DNA of 64,000 nt, taken from Torpedo marmorata (lineage: Eukaryota). The stretch is taken from assembly GCA_977017645.1 (NCBI GenBank), contig OZ360219.1:253766001-253830000 (forward strand). Reading direction: 5' to 3'. This document shows positions 63,030-64,000 of this stretch, piece by piece. Under the pieces are notes generated by a model. That model worked only from the letters and a program-made list of their open reading frames with translations, made no database searches and had not been told where the DNA came from. Each line of letters starts with the position of its first letter. The stretch's first letter is position 1. The translations under genes and the position numbers were made by a program.

Positions 63030-64000
63030 CCCTGGAGTAATTCCTGCTATCCTGCCAATACTTCTTGATGAATCCAAGTCTGAAGAATTATTTGTTCATG
63101 ATTAAATAGCAAAAACAACTCCTTTATTCAGAAAGAAAGAGGGAGACAGAAGCAGAGAACTTCACAATGAGTTTAACATCTGTTAGAGGGAAAATGCTAG
63201 AAGCTATTGTTGAACATGTTACAGTGGTGCACTTCAACAAATAAAATCAAGATAATCAGCCAAGTTAAAATGGTTTTCTGAAAGAGAAATTGTCAATTTT
63301 CACAGGAAAAATAGAGAAAGCATGTTATCTCAATGAGAACTTGCACAGCTCAGAAGCAGAGGGATGATTTGCAAAAGGCTAGTTTGTAGCTAGCTACTGT
63401 AAGTAATTAAGGAAGCTATCAGAACGTTATTGATGGAGGAATTGAACACAAAAATAGGGAGGTTATGCTTTAATTAGAAAGGGCATTGGTGAGATTATAT
63501 CTGAGGCACAGTGTACAGTACTGGTGTCCATATTTATGGAAGGATGTTAATGCACTCTAAACAGTTAAGGATAAGTTAACGAGACTTCTACCTGATACGA
63601 AAAGGTTATCTTATGTGGTAAGGATAGACATGTATCAACTGGAGTTCAGAAAAATGAGCAGGATCTTCATTGAAATGTGTACAATCCTCAGGTGTCTTGT
63701 CAGGGTGAATGTGGAGAGGATATTTACATTTGTGCAAGAATTTAGAATGGGACATAGATGAGGGTGGTTTGTCCATTTAAGACAGACATAAGATGATTTT
63801 TTTTCTCTCAGAGGCCTGTATATTTTTCAAACCTTCTTCAAAGGAAATGTGTTGAGTAGATAACCAAGAAGAATGATGAAAGCAAAGTGGCAGATGATAG
63901 ATATTGTCTATATGGACATTAGTAAGGTTTTTGAGAAGGTCCCAGATGGTAGGCTGGCCTGGAAGGTTAAGGCATAAGGGATCCAAAGCATGATGGTGAA
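63030..64000 (+). mobile_element. Old CR1 fragments
   Basis: Degenerate RT DNA, e.g. tagatattgtctatatggac...aaggtccca (VDIVYMD..KVP). Confidence 0.65.

Noticed and set aside
57200-64000. Further upstream CELF4 exons
   Set aside because: I could not find the preceding exon (expected ...DPLQQAYAGVQQYA). It probably lies beyond the window.

Overview
Eukaryotic, AT-rich, repeat-dense DNA, probably from a cartilaginous fish (inferred from CR1/HER1-type LINEs, V-SINEs, Rex1/Babar and Penelope-like repeats). The only host gene I can support is the 3' half of CELF4 on the minus strand: coding exons at 57101-57181, 50425-50568 and 38412-38539 (end of linker plus RRM3, stop at 38412-38414), a ~29.4 kb intron starting 31 nt after the stop, and a terminal 3'UTR exon starting at 8931. 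The rest is intronic or downstream sequence filled with decayed transposons: CR1, Rex1/Babar, L1, Penelope-like, tRNA- and 5S-derived SINEs, hAT and Tc1/mariner MITEs, a Chapaev3-like element and a solo LTR. Best leads: (i) a candidate non-coding cassette exon in the 3'UTR intron that would make CELF4 mRNA an NMD target, flanked by RBFOX/NOVA-type motifs; (ii) an in-frame internal donor that removes 20 aa of RRM3; (iii) a 5S-SINE in A-B'-A'-B arrangement; (iv) fold-back Penelope-end insertions with hammerhead-like motifs. I see no convincing wholly new multi-gene system. Transposon boundaries are approximate unless a TSD or TIR is quoted.
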